Assembly: GCF_009914755.1 (NCBI RefSeq)
Contig: NC_060930.1
Strand: one strand, 5' to 3'
Length of the DNA: 64,000 bases
Source: the human T2T-CHM13v2.0 reference genome, Homo sapiens
The notes under the pieces: generated by a model
Told to the model about the DNA's origin: nothing
The model's input: only the letters and a program-made list of their open reading frames with translations
Database searches by the model: none
Program-made: the position numbers and the translations under genes
Shown: positions 45,084 through 58,309 of the stretch, in pieces
Numbering within the stretch: the first letter of the stretch is position 1
Layout: each line of letters opens with the position of its first letter

Positions 45084-45209
45084 ACTAAACACAGGATCAG
45101 GATCTGAAAGAGACACGGTCAGTTTTTCGCAGAGAGTAGTCCAATTTTCACAGTTGAGGACATCAGATGGAGGAGCTGAACATAATGTTTGCAAGGCTTC
45201 ATATCTCAC
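45084..45209 (-). CDS. TBC1D32: TBC1D32 exon 5, 126 nt
   Basis: [42 protein letters not shown]. Acceptor attgtag|G, donor AGT|gtaaga. Confidence 0.94.
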
Positions 45210-45796
45210 CTACAATTTTTTTAAAAGACTTTTATTAACACTCAGTCACTAAAATAATGCCACTTTTCCAAAACAATATTTAACAAACTACTAAAAGGTA
45301 AAGTCTGGATAATTTATAAAGAATGATTTATCAGATGCCTTTATATTAAAAAGCTCTTGAGAAATCATTTTTTAAACTAAGTGCTAAGCAGAGAAAAAAA
45401 ACAGTTGCTGTTTGTGTAAAGCAAAAATTAAAATACTAAATGTGGTAGCAGATTTTAGGTATCATGTCTAAGAGGAATGGGAGGAAGAATGGTAGTTGAA
45501 TCAGAATCACCAATGCAACATTTTCCAGTAGCCTTGTCCTACAGGCTTTCCCTATTCTAGGCCGTTCCTACAGTTTGAGGGCTTTAATTTCAAAACATTG
45601 CCCAGATATGCCCCTGGCAAAGCATTTCCATTCTAGGATATATGAACAATTCTCACAAAACAATCAGTTTGAACTTGTTTTTTCTGCTACACCATATTTT
45701 CTGGCCTTCTGACTACTTAGGTAGAAAAAAAAGTAAGTCTTTCAGCAGTGGGATGCAAAATTGTATTTCTGTATTTTCACAGAAAGCTTACTTCTT

Positions 45797-45877
45797 TTTT
45801 TTTTTTTTGAGACGGAGTCTCGCTCTGTCGCCCAGGCCAGACTGCGGACTGCAGTGGCGCAATCTCGGCTCACTGCA
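45797..45877 (-). mobile_element. Severely 5'-truncated AluYb8/Yb9-type element
   Basis: Minus strand reads gcgccactGCAGTCCGCAGTCtggcctgggcg, the Yb-lineage 7-bp duplication. Perfect TSD cagaaagcttacttctt (45780-45796, 45876-45892). Confidence 0.92.
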
Positions 45878-46853
45878 GAAAGCTTACTTCTTAATCAGTC
45901 TTCTCAAAATGCAATCAGAATTCACTCAAAACAGTATGACCCAAGGGAAAGTAGTAGAGAATAGTTCCACTCCAATGAAGAATGGAACAAAGCTTTTCTC
46001 CCACTCAATATCCAAGTCGTGAATAATAACACACTAATTCCAGCCTCATCCTCAAAACCTGGTCATTTCCCAACTGAAACAACTAAAGCCTAGTCATTAA
46101 AAAGGTGAGGCCTAAGAGACAGGAGCCAAAACCTCAGCAAATCAGACACTCTGAACCAGGGCCCAACTTTTAGACAAAATAGACAAAGAATATACATATA
46201 TTTGAAACTGTCTATATATTCATATGAAAGAACTCCTCAATATAACTTTATTTGTGATAGGCAGCAAGGGAAATATTGAGAGATTTAAGATTAGGAATTC
46301 ATTTACAATGTTAAGTAATTTTTCCATTTCAGGAAATTTTTAGGAAAAAATGCCATTAAGAATTTACTACTTGCAGAAGCAAAATGTAGGTTTCTAAACA
46401 AGTATAGTTTCCAAATCATCCATTTAAATTGAAGGCAACAGGATTTTTATCATATAAAATTTAAAACTCATTTCCGATATTTTTGAAAGATGTTATTATT
46501 TACTATGAACCCAGAAAATAAATCATAATGCAAAATGTTGAGAAGAAAAAAATTATTCTTCTCTATGAGTTTTTTAAAAATTTCAGTAGGAGTAAATCAC
46601 AACTATTCATTTAGTTTAAATTTAATAGTTTGAGAAAAATAATTTTAAAAATTGAGACCAAATGGCAAGATACGCATACCAATACATAAAAAGGCTTAGG
46701 TTAAAAAAAAAATCTTCAAAAATCCTATCATATTTTCTATTTCATGCTGACTTTCAAATGAAATAATTCTTCATAAACAGTGATTTGTACAATCTCTTAA
46801 AATATAAACAGACACAATTCAATATAATTGCTTCTCTTAAAAATCCTTTTTCT

Positions 46854-47152
46854 GGCCAGGCACAGTGGCTCACACTTATAATCCCAGCACTTTGGGAGGC
46901 CAAGGGAGGTGGATCACTTGAGCACAGTATTTTGAGATCTTCCTAAGTGATGTGACAAAACCCCATCTGTACAAAAAATACAAAATTTCACCAGGTGCAG
47001 TGGCGTGCATCTGTAGTCACAGCTACTTAGAAGGCTGAGGTGGGAAAATCACCTGAGCCTGGGGAGGTAGAGGCTGCAGTGATTCATGATTGCGCCACTG
47101 TGCTTCAGCCTGGGTGACAGAGTAAGACCCTATCTTAAATATATATATATAT
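46854..47152 (+). mobile_element. AluJ with (AT)n tail
   Basis: Diverged dimeric Alu. Confidence 0.88.
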
Positions 47153-47189
47153 AAAATTTTTCTAAAAAATAAACAAATGGGTCAAAATT

Positions 47190-47500
47190 GCTCAGATAGT
47201 TAGGGAAGGCATGGGTAACTGCTGGTCAAAGGATACAAAATTTCAGTTAGGAGAAGTAAATTCAAGAGATCTACTGTATAACATGATGACATGATGACTA
47301 TGTTAATAACAATGTTTTATTCTTGAAAACTGCTAAGAGAGTAGATTTTAAATGTTCTCACCACAAAAATGATAAGTATGTGAGGCAATGCATGTTAGAA
47401 CAGCTCAACTTAGCCATTCCTCAGTGTATACATATTTCAAAACATGTTGTACAAGACGAATATACACGATTTTTATTTGATCATTAAAAATAATTATTTT
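47190..47500 (+). mobile_element. L1MA-like 3' end fragment
   Basis: ggtcaaaggatacaaaatttcagttagg...gctaagagagtagattttaaatgttctcacc. Confidence 0.75.
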
Positions 47501-47880
47501 AAAAAGCTGTTCACATTTTCTGAAAGTAAAAAAAGAATTAAAAATCTTTTTCTTAAGAAATGACTAACTACAATGTTACATATAAAATAACAGTGAAAGA
47601 ACAGTTTGGGGGACAACTGCCTATAACTTTATCCCTTTGAAATTGATGCTGAAGATAAAAATTTCCTCTTCCAAACCACGACAATTCTCTGAGGAAAGCC
47701 TCCCTTATTCTGTGACTTTTCATTTGGACTTTAAAGTTTACCAGGGATATCAGTCCAGGATTGCCCATAATCATAAAGGCTTAGCCTCAAGGGAAACAAC
47801 CTGGTTGCTACTGATTGTAATCTCATATATTGTAAATGTATGTTATCTGCATGAACTTGACAGCTATCCTTGAAACTTAC

Positions 47881-47949
47881 CTCTTTAGGTTGCCCAGGAT
47901 CCAACTGGTCTAAAATCAATTGTAATTTTCCTTGACAAAATTTGTAACT
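47881..47949 (-). CDS. TBC1D32: TBC1D32 exon 4, 69 nt
   Basis: [23 protein letters not shown]. Acceptor gttacag|A, donor GAG|gtaagt. Confidence 0.94.
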
Positions 47950-48549
47950 CTGTAACACAATTGACAGGACATTCATTTATTTAGAAGGCTTTTAGAACTA
48001 TTGCTATAAGTTATTTTTTCAATATAATTCCAAGCACAAAACACAATCCAGACAAGAGAAGGAGATGATCTATTTTGATTTGGCAGCAACTTAGAATTTT
48101 TCTTCCCAAGGCTTTTAAATGGGAACTGAATGTCCCAGTAGAAAGTGTACCTTCATGTATATGAAAACTATTATTTGCCAAGCAATTAAAGTATATATAA
48201 CATTATAAGACTCAAAAGACACAAAGCCAAAATGCTGCATACTCAGAAATGTGAGATGAATGAAACAGACATAAACAAAACAAGTAAAAAAAGAGCTACC
48301 AATAGTACCCTAGGCACAGCTACAGTGCTGTTTGGACTGTTCTGTTCTCTTTCTTTCCTATACTTTTCCTTAGCCTTTCTCCATAGTTCTTTGGTGAAAA
48401 AACTCCTGAAGTAAAAACTTCCATCTATAAAAAAGTTTATAGTAGATTATAAGATATTTTGGAGAAAGAAAGGGTCTTTTTCCTACTAAAGACAATTTAA
48501 ACATGTATAATATCTAAAACTTCATCTGAAAATAAAAATTATAATAGTA

Positions 48550-48844
48550 GGCTGGGCGCAGTGGCTCACACCCATAATCCCAGCACTTTGGGAGTCCAAG
48601 GCAGGCGGATCACGAGGTCAAGAGATCTAGACCATCCTGGCCAACATGGTGAAACCCTGTCTCTACTAAAAATACAAAAACTACCTGGGTATGGTGGCAC
48701 GTGCCCGTACTCCCAGCTACTCGGGAGGCCGAGGCAGGAGAATCACTTGAACCAGGAGACGGAGGTTTCAGTGAGCCAAAATCATGCCACTGCACTCCAG
48801 CCTGGCAACTGAGTGAGACTCCACCTCAAAAAAAAAAAAAAAAA
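48550..48844 (+). mobile_element. AluSc-like
   Basis: gatcacgaggtcaagagatc...accatcctggcc diagnostics, A tail. Confidence 0.9.
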
Positions 48845-49470
48845 TGTAAGGAAACAACAGATTCTGGCAAGGCTGTGGAGAAATAGGAATGCTTTTACAG
48901 TTTTGGTGGGAGTGTAAATTAGTTCAACCATTGTGGAAGACAGCGTGGCTATTCCTCAAGGATCTAGAACCAGAAATACCATTTGACCCAGCAATCCCAT
49001 GCACACGTATGTTTATTGTGGCACTGTTCACAACAGCAAAGACTTGGAACCAAACCAAATGCCTATCAATGATAGGTTGGATAAAGAAAATGCGGCACAC
49101 ATACACCATGGAATACTACGCAGCCATAAAAAAGGATGAGTTAATGTCCTTTGCAGGGACTTGGATGAAGCTGGAAATCATCATCTGTCTTGGAACAAAA
49201 AACCAAACACCGCATCTTCTCACTCATAAGTGGGAGTTGAACAATGAGAACACATGGACACAGAGAGGGGAACATCACACACTGGGGCCTGTCAGGGAAT
49301 GAGGGGCAAGGGGAGGGAGAGCATTAGGACAAATACCAAATGCATGCAGGGCTTAAAACCTAGATGATGGGTTGATAGGTACAACAAATCACAATGGCAC
49401 ATATATACCTATGTAACTAACCTGCACATTCTGCACATGTATCCCAGAACTTAAAGTAATTTTTTTAAGT
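48845..49470 (+). mobile_element. L1PA8-like 3' fragment
   Basis: ORF2 C-terminus with an internal deletion (gcaatcccat|gcacacg), followed by the 3'UTR. Confidence 0.88.
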
Positions 49471-49593
49471 GCTACATTAAGAATAAAAAAAGTCTATTAA
49501 TTCTTTTTTTAAGATGGTGTCTTGCTGCAGCCCAGGCTGGACAGCAGTAGTATAATCATAGTTCAATGTGGCCTCGAACTCCTGGGCTCATGC

Positions 49594-50137
49594 AATTAGG
49601 GAAGCAGGAGCCTAGGAGAGCCACAGTGACCTCATTTTAAAGTCAACTCCAACTTGAGACTAACAAGGCACATTCCTTGCCAGTCACAATCCATGGTCCT
49701 AAGATGTTTACAGCTAAGGAACCAGCTTGGTAATTCCTGAAAGGCAAATTCCTACAACAGAAAGTCCAGATGTCTCAGTACACATAGCAATATATGCTAT
49801 CAAGATAATTATAGTTATGCTTTGATGTACTTACATGCTAAAATGTCAAGGATAGTTTTCTTTAAATCAAGAGAAAAATAAATTGTGCCATGCTGTCAGC
49901 CCACTTGCATGTAGACACAGCTTAGTTTAGTCTTTACATAGACAATATAAGAAAAGCTTGTAAAAAAGATAGTGCGTTCCTCCACTTGCTTTCTGAGGAC
50001 TCCCTACTCTGTAACTGAGTAGCTTTCAATAAACTATCTCCTCTCACTGCACTCTGCAACTTGCCTTGAATTCCTTCCTGCACAAAATCCAAGAACTCCC
50101 TCTTGGGTTCTGGGTCAAGACCACTTTTCCCGTAACA
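49594..50137 (+). mobile_element. ERV1 solo LTR (MER41/MER4-group-like)
   Basis: AATAAA at about 50028, MER4-group-type 3' end tccaagaactccctcttggg...cccgtaaCA, about 4-bp TSD (atgc/aagc). Confidence 0.7.
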
Positions 50138-50206
50138 AAGCAGTCCTCCTGCCTCAGCTCCCCATCACTGGGAATACAGGCACACAATGCCATGCCAAGC
50201 TAAGGT

Positions 50207-50207
<1 letters not shown>

Positions 50208-50267
<60 letters not shown>
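50208..50267 (+). repeat. (GT)30 perfect microsatellite
   Basis: Uninterrupted dinucleotide run. Confidence 0.97.
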
Positions 50268-50271
<4 letters not shown>

Positions 50272-50352
50272 ACCTTGTCTCTATGTTGCCCAGACTGGTC
50301 TCAAGCAATCCTCCTGCCTTGCTCTCCCAAAGTGCTGGGATTACAGGGATGA

Positions 50353-50589
<237 letters not shown>

Positions 50590-51204
50590 TAAGTTCACAT
50601 CTGCCCCTACACATTCCTCTTCCAAATAATCCACCTGTCCCAGGCCTAACTCTAGGCAGCTGCAGAATCAATGCTACTATGTTCATCTTTTAAAAATCCT
50701 AGCTATCTTTCCCTTTCACTTCTACAGAAGTGAAATTCTGCAGAGATTTTTAAGATTTTATGACTCCATCTTTTTGTGCTTACAAAACAAATAATAATTA
50801 AAATCTTATCAAGTGAGGGTAGCCAGACATGGAGGAACTTCTGAAGTACAGGCTGGGATGTAGCTAATCCTACTGCTCTGAGTGATGTTGCCAAAAAAAG
50901 AGATAAGTGTCTTGCCATTTCTCAGCAGTAGTATAAAATCCTTACAAGCAGAATTCTTCACCAAAAAGAGCATTGTAGAGCTTTGAAGATTTTAGTAGAG
51001 GCCAGAAAACAGTTGTTGAACTCAAGAAATTCTGATTAAGATTTGAAGACTAATAGCATAAAATAAATTAGGAAAATTGAAAGGACATACTCTGAATGAG
51101 AGGAGAAAGGCCATGTACCCAATAAGGAAAAAAACCTACTCAAGAAAAATCTTACTGGAAGAATCCAAAGCCTAGCAACAAAATAGAGCTCAGGTTGTTC
51201 CCAG

Positions 51205-51548
51205 GAAAGACAGAATCTGTTTCTTTGCCTTTTCCAGCTTCTAGAGGCTGCCCTCATTCCTTGGCTCATGGCCTACTTCCATCTTCAAAAACAGCAATCA
51301 CATCACTACAACCTCTATGTCAGCCTTCACAGCACCTTCTCTGACACTGACTCTCCTGGGTTTCTCTTACACAGACCCTTGTGATGAGATGGGTCCCGCC
51401 TGGATAACTCGAGATCATCCTGCAATCTGAAGGTCCTGAACTTAATCACATCAGCAAAGTCCCTTTTGTCATGTCATGTGACATGTTCACAAGTTCTAGG
51501 GATTAGGACATGGACATCTTTGAGAGGACCATTATTCTGTGTACCACA
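51205..51548 (-). mobile_element. MLT1 (MaLR) LTR, MLT1C/D-like
   Basis: ccagcttctagaggctgcc...ttaatcacatcagcaaagtccc...gattaggacatggacatc...taccaca. Confidence 0.75.
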
Positions 51549-51989
51549 GGTACCAAAGGATGAGTTTCAAGGAGAAGTTGCTTGGAAAACAAAGGAACAG
51601 TGACTGCTTTAAACATGTTTGTGTCAGGCAAGAGTAATAGGTGACTATTATCCTAAACTCACCTGCATAAGGTATACACCCTGGGGTGAAGTTCCCTTGG
51701 AAGGTTATAAAATAGCTTGCACGCTATAAAACAGCACAATGCCCGTGCTGTACTATACTAATTACTGCGGAGGAAGAGAAAGACAGAAAAACTGCAAGAG
51801 GAAAGGATACAAATTCTGAAAGCTTAATGTATATCAGAGGTAATCCTCTAATTTCCCAAGCAGTTAAAAATGGCCCAGAGATGTTCAGTTTGAAATTATA
51901 TAGGACCACAGCTGAGAAATTTTCTATTTGAGTGTGTCTCTGAATGGTGTCCATTTCAGCATTCCCTTTAAGAGATATCAACAATAAAA

Positions 51990-52420
51990 GCTAACCTGTA
52001 TAAAGCAGTGTCTGTGTGCCAGGCACTGTTCTAAGCACAAGACATACATTAACTCAGTTAATCTTCTCAACATCCCTATACGGGAAGTAGTATTTTCATC
52101 CCCATTTACAAATGGGAAACACTACAGCACAAAGAAGTTAAGAAATTTGTCCAAGGCCACATCGCTGGTAAGCGGTGGAACCATAACTTACACCCAAGCT
52201 CTCTCCAGGTAGCTGGGAAAAGAATAAAAATAACTCGCTTTGCAGGGAGAGAGGCTAGTTTTAAACTCAAAGTCCCCCTCTCACTAGCTATTCAAGTTTG
52301 GGTAAATTACTTAACTATTATTAAAAGGCTCACTTTTTTCTGTAGAATGGACTAATAATACCTATAGTGAATATAAAGCTAAGTACAGGGACCAGTATAT
52401 GGCAGGTATTATTATTATAG
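51990..52420. mobile_element. Two MIR fragments in opposite orientation
   Basis: tgccaggcactgttctaagc...cccatttacaaatgggaaac and tttgggtaaattacttaac...ctgtagaatgg MIR cores. Confidence 0.6.
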
Positions 52421-54592
52421 CTGGTATTATTATTTCTATCTTTCTGGCATTATTTTGCAGAGACTTGTTCCAGGTTTAATCACAATACCAAATATTTTCA
52501 TAGCAATGCTCACAACTATGGTAATAACTACTTATCTCCCCTTTGTTCTTCAATATCCTCATACTTACACTAACAGTCTCCTGTTTTTCAATAATGGGTC
52601 AAAAGTCCAAATACAATCAGGCTGCAATTTTTTAAGTAATAACAATGAATTAAAGCCCATTCTATTCACAAAATGAAAGTGTTTCACTAATATCAAAACA
52701 GTAACATCAGCATTGTTTACAATGTTATTCATAGGAAAATTCAGACCTTTTTTTTCACCCCACAGCAAGAAACAACAATTTTGAAGGCATGAATAAGATT
52801 GTCAATATTTATTGGAATGAATAATATATTTTTAGAGATCTTTTCAATTCTGAACATATTCAGCCTCTCTTTGGTCAGCTATATGAAAGAGAGTCTCTTT
52901 TCACTATAAGCAAAAGTATACACAATATCTCCTAGAACTTGGACATACTGAAACAGCTTTCAGGACAGTTCTGGCACTCATATGTTTCTTCCCAAAAGTC
53001 CAGGGATACCATGCCTTCTTGATGGGCAGAGCTCACTTTCAACCCAATTAGTGCCTTCTAAAGCAAAGTCATATTTACAGGGTAGACACTTGAAAATTTA
53101 TATATACCCTGCGGACATCCCAAAGAAATCCAGGGAAACTTAAAGCATGATTCCTCCTCAAGAACTGAAACAAAACAAGATAAAAAACAAGAACATCTTC
53201 TAAAATTATGACCCCATTTCTACCAAAGCTTTGCATTTTTCAAAAATCTATCATTTTAATGACTGGAAATAATTCAGCATTTGGAATTCGACAAGGTCTT
53301 AACTGCCAGCTATGAAATCAGTTCTATTTAGATCTGAATACCTGTACTTCTTAGAACAAATGCTCCATTATTTTTCTTATGTTCCCATTTCAATGTATTC
53401 AGGTGGTTCAGCAAATAAGTAAGAGCATATAATCTTGTGAGCCCCCAGAGTCATAAAATTGGGTTTTCTGTGCCTTTTAAGTCCAGAAAGTCCTTGATTT
53501 GAAGAAGCAACTCAATAAACTTACTAAACAAGCCATCTGACTGTATTAAACTAAAATCTCTATACCCCACCTTTTTCCACACAGTTCCTCAGCAAGAAAT
53601 GATTAAGGGTTACAGCATGAAGAAAATTCACAATCTTTGTCACGTCCTCCATCACATCAGGTAATCAATTTGACTTGTAAAGTTCACTACTCAGCATACT
53701 CTCTCCTGCTAAATGATGCAATGGTGGCAATGCACAGCGACTTTTAAGTTATGTTTCCACTATTTCCAAAACCAATTTTCCTTCAATCATGCAGTCCCAA
53801 CTTGACCAATGTACATATTTGTTCATGTTTTCACCCAAACTCCTCAAATCCCTTCTTGGTATATGGTTAGGATCTATTTTACAGTTATGCCCCTGTGGTA
53901 TAGCTAATTAGGTGAAAAATGTTTGACTAAAAATACCAGGTGAGATCGACACCAGGGTCAGACAGGCTTCTTTTGGCCTGATAGCCTCTGTGTACAAGTT
54001 CATGGCACATGCATAGGCTCTAGTCTAGCTAGTTTTCCTTGTCTTCTATTAGGGCCAATCCAGCCACTGGCCCATCTTTCTGTTAACTTTGCTGCAGCCA
54101 AATGACAAGGGTTCCTATAAACTGGCAGTAGAAAATGTAATACCTCAAATCTCTTGACATTAAAAAAAGCTTAATGTTTTAAAACTAACAATTCACAACA
54201 ACTTTCACCTCCAGAGAATGTATAAGGGAAATGTTTTATTGTCACACCTCATCTCTATTTTAGTTAAATTTTAATGTAGATTAACTGGGAATAAGATGTT
54301 TTAATTAGAGCTTAAGCAGATTTGGTTCAACACATTATTTTTTTTAATTCTAACATACATTAATTTTCTCATATCACCAAGAATTATCTCAGATATAACG
54401 TAGCTACTCACCAAATATAATTCTATAAGATGTTATTTCATGGACTAAATATTTAATATTAGGTTATTTAGTTTTATTATTTTTCTCCTGAATCTTAAGA
54501 AGGCAGGAAAAATATGGCTAAGAAATAATTTATTGAAGCTAATTATTATTAAACAGCATTTCAAGACATAAATGCAAAACTGAACAACACAC

Positions 54593-54770
54593 CTGATTCA
54601 ATGATGAATCACTATCAGAGCAATTGTCTGTGCGGTAACTATGGCTTTTCTCCTTTTGGATTTTTTTCTGCCTTTCTTGATTTCGTGTCTCATCTTCTTC
54701 AAACTTGTTAATCATAGACTCGACCACAGCTATCATAATGTTCTTCAGGTAATGCATCATTTCTTTGTAC
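54593..54770 (-). CDS. TBC1D32: TBC1D32 exon 3, 178 nt
   Basis: (E)[59 protein letters not shown]. Acceptor gaatttaaag|G, donor CAG|gtgtgt. Frame continues from exon 2. Confidence 0.95.
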
Positions 54771-55817
54771 CTTTAAATTCAAGGTAGTCTTAATAAGAGA
54801 AAGACGATCAGAAATTAAAACAGTCAACTAGTTAAATTATCTAATTTTTTTTCTATAAAAAGGGAAGTCCCTTTAAGAACACAATGCTAAGGAGAAAAAT
54901 CGAACTCAATTTTTCTTAAAGAAGAAGTGGTAGAACAGAATTCACAAAACAGCAATAAAAATTAATAGAGAATTCAAAAAGTATGTTATTTCCTAGGTTT
55001 TTTCATGGTTACATGGATCAAGGTAGTAAAATTAAAAGAACCTAAGGCAAGAGGTTTCAATGGCATGGATTCCAATTGCTAGCAACAAAGTCAACTATTA
55101 ATATTATACTACCAAAACCCAGGCTATTTTATACATCACCTTCATCCTCTTACCTTATACCTATCTCTTTCTCCACCCCCCTATCCTTTATTTTCTTTCC
55201 TTCTCTTCTCCCTTGCCCATACTTTATATACACCCATAGCCACAACTGAGAGCTCTTGTATACTCCCAAGACCTATGTAAGAGTTAAGCTATCAACGTGT
55301 CCTTTCAAACAGAGGCTGGGAAATCCACTCTCAGGATGTTAGGAAAAAGATTCCTGAAATCATTAGGAGTGTGAATTGGATAATATTTAAAATCTCTTTC
55401 GGAAGGTCTAAAAATCTCAAAAAGAACTGGTATCAAATTTCTCTACTTTGTAAGTTCAAACTCTCAAGCATCCATATGAATATGAGACTGAAATCCTCAA
55501 AAGAACTAAGAATAGAATTTTAGAGCTAGAAAGAACCATAAATATAGTCTAGCTCTTTATTTTACAAATGAGGCATATGTGACCTGAACCACTGAAATTT
55601 CTATATTTAAAACAAAAAAGGCATAAAGATGTAAGTAAAAATAGTGAATAAATTATAAAATTTGAAATTAGAAAACTTGAATGGGGATCCTGACTATTTT
55701 ACCAGCCAGCTCTGTCATCATAAATAAGTTTCAATTTCCTCAACTATAAAATGAGATTAAAAAATACAATCTAGCTAACCTATTTCATATGACTATAGCA
55801 AGAAATAAACATATGTT

Positions 55818-55917
55818 TATGTGTATATATATATATACACATATATATCCAAAATGATAATAAATACATGTATAGTGTGTGTGTATATATACATATATAC
55901 ACGTATTTATTATCATT
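55818..55917. repeat. AT-rich palindrome cluster
   Basis: Perfect 26-bp palindrome at 55818-55843. 22-bp inverted arms at 55853-55874 and 55896-55917 (one mismatch). Confidence 0.85.
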
Positions 55918-58039
55918 AAAATAATGAAAATACACTAGGAAAATATGCACAGAAATGTCCTTTTCTGTATAATTCTGAATAATGCGTCATTGCAACTCTA
56001 TAAATCAAAAGAAGAAAAGGTAGTTTATCTCTCATAAGAGAAATCAAACCTGCTGGGGAATCTGAATAGAAATCATAGACTGAGATTTTATATAAAAAGT
56101 ATAAAATATATTTTAAAATTTTGTTAGATATAATTTCTACATAATTTAAAATATATTAATATATTTAAATGTAATATTTAATATGTATATCATACAGAAC
56201 TAAAAGTTTTAAAATATATGTATTTAACATATTTCTTTAAGTACCAGAAATTACGAGAAAACACAAAAATACTGAAAGCAGATGGAAATAAATTAGGAAC
56301 CGCTAGGGGGAGAAACATACAGAAGGTAACTCAATAGAGGTAACAGAGTCCGAGGAATATCCCAGTTTAACGTAAAGGGACATAAAGAGCAAAAAGAAGT
56401 CCTGAGACACACACAATAATTTGCAAAGTATATATAAGGATAACTGAGCCCAGAGGCCCAGCTTCTGCCTCTATAGATTCTGGGCAGCAAAAAACAGGGA
56501 AACAAAACAGTGCCCTGGCAGCAATCAATACACATCCACCAAAAGCTGTTCTCTCCTTCCACAGTGATAGAATTCTAGCTGGTCACAGGACTAAACTACA
56601 CTCCCCAGCCTCCTTTGCAGCTAGGTAAGACTGTGTGAACAACATAAAGTCCCTATCCCCTTAAAACTTATAATCTGGTGATTTAATAAAGAACTATAAA
56701 AGTAAATCTTAATGATATACAGGGTAGGGATAATGGTACTTAAAATCCATAGAAAATCTATAAGTTTCGCTTTGAACATGAATGTTTCCAACAGACCTTT
56801 TAGAAAAGACCAGCATAAATTGTGCTGTACGAAATACTAACAGAATGGCCACAGGCAGTAGCTAATAATTCTAAAATGTAAATTTAAAAATAATGTCATA
56901 TCATCAATATCAAGAGTTAAATGAACTAAAACTCAATAGCAGCCATTGCAGTTTTGAAAAGACTAAGAAAAAACAGATATAAAATAGAATATAAACACCA
57001 TTGAGTAGATTCCTTCATGCTTTGCAAGTTTTAAAGACTACAGAAAGAAAAAGCTCTAAGAAATAGTGAATAAAAACCACATCAATTAACAATGAAATTC
57101 TACAGAGTAAGTACTTCCACTCATTATATGAGGAATAGTGTATATTATATAGATCCTACAAATGAATTCTTCTGTGTGCAAATATCTGCTTAAAAAATAA
57201 ATATAAAAATGTTTAATTACAAAAATACTTTATAACAATTGAAATGCTGTTTACAGATGTAGTGTTGCTACATTAGCCCTAAGTGATTTCTAAAGAATCA
57301 CCAAAAAGAAAAAGAAAAAAAAAACTGGGAAAAAAAAAAAAAAGCTGTACAATGTAAAATCTTTTATCCATGGTTCATAAAGTGGAAAATAAACATTTAC
57401 CGAGTCATTTAAAATCTTTGTGAGGTAATTATTACTGTACTAATTTTAACACATGGATGAACTGAAACACAGGAAAATCAAATAGCTTAAGTAGAGATAA
57501 AAAGTAATTTCCTAGCAGTACCATATAAAATTCTGCTCTTAACCATGAAAATACTTTCATTAACCGTCTAATAAAGTATTTTAGTATTCCTTCTAGAATT
57601 AAGTTTAATGATACTGCTAGAAACAGACTTACTAGGAATTATATTATCCAAAGATAAAGGTGATTCTGTTTTTGGTTTTCTCAAATCAAGAAATAAGAAA
57701 TCTTAGCCTCTACAACTTATGCTTGATATAGATTAGTGAATCGAACTTGCTAAATTTACTAAAATAGCTGTATGATGTCAATTTGTCAATTGCTAACATA
57801 TTAATTTAAATAATACAATCAGTTGTCCCAAAGAGGAAGAGCTCCTGTCCAAAATAATTTTTTAAAGTTTACCTAATTAAAAGTAAATTAGATTTAATAC
57901 TTTAAAATACAGTCATTAATATAAGCTCAGGTATATATTCAAACGTTTCCGATACTGGAAATATGAACCACAGCAAGTTTTCAAATGACATCATGTAATT
58001 CAACATCTTTTCATTATAACACTGACGAGAAAAAAAAAT

Positions 58040-58303
58040 TGACGATGGCATCCTGCCTAGGGCTGGTTCCCACCTTGTACCCTGAGATGCCAGGCAGGAT
58101 AGGCTACCAGCAACTCTGAAGTGGAATAATTATTCCAGTTAAATAATTATCTTGCTCTTATTAATCTTTCTTAAACATATATATAGCTCACACTTATTTC
58201 AATGTTTAATATTAGAAGTGTTTTTATCTTTATTTAGAAGTTTGGTGATGTTTCTTTGACCAGAAATATGCTGTAGGAACTTAACTGTTTATATCAATTA
58301 ACC
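58040..58303. mobile_element. Tigger3-like TcMar DNA transposon fragment
   Basis: gatggcatcctg...gggctggttcccaccttg...agaaatatgctgtaggaacttaact. Confidence 0.65.
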
Positions 58304-58309
58304 TAGACC

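Noticed and set aside
56530-56640. Possible LTR33/ERVL fragment
   Set aside because: Too short and degenerate to call by eye.
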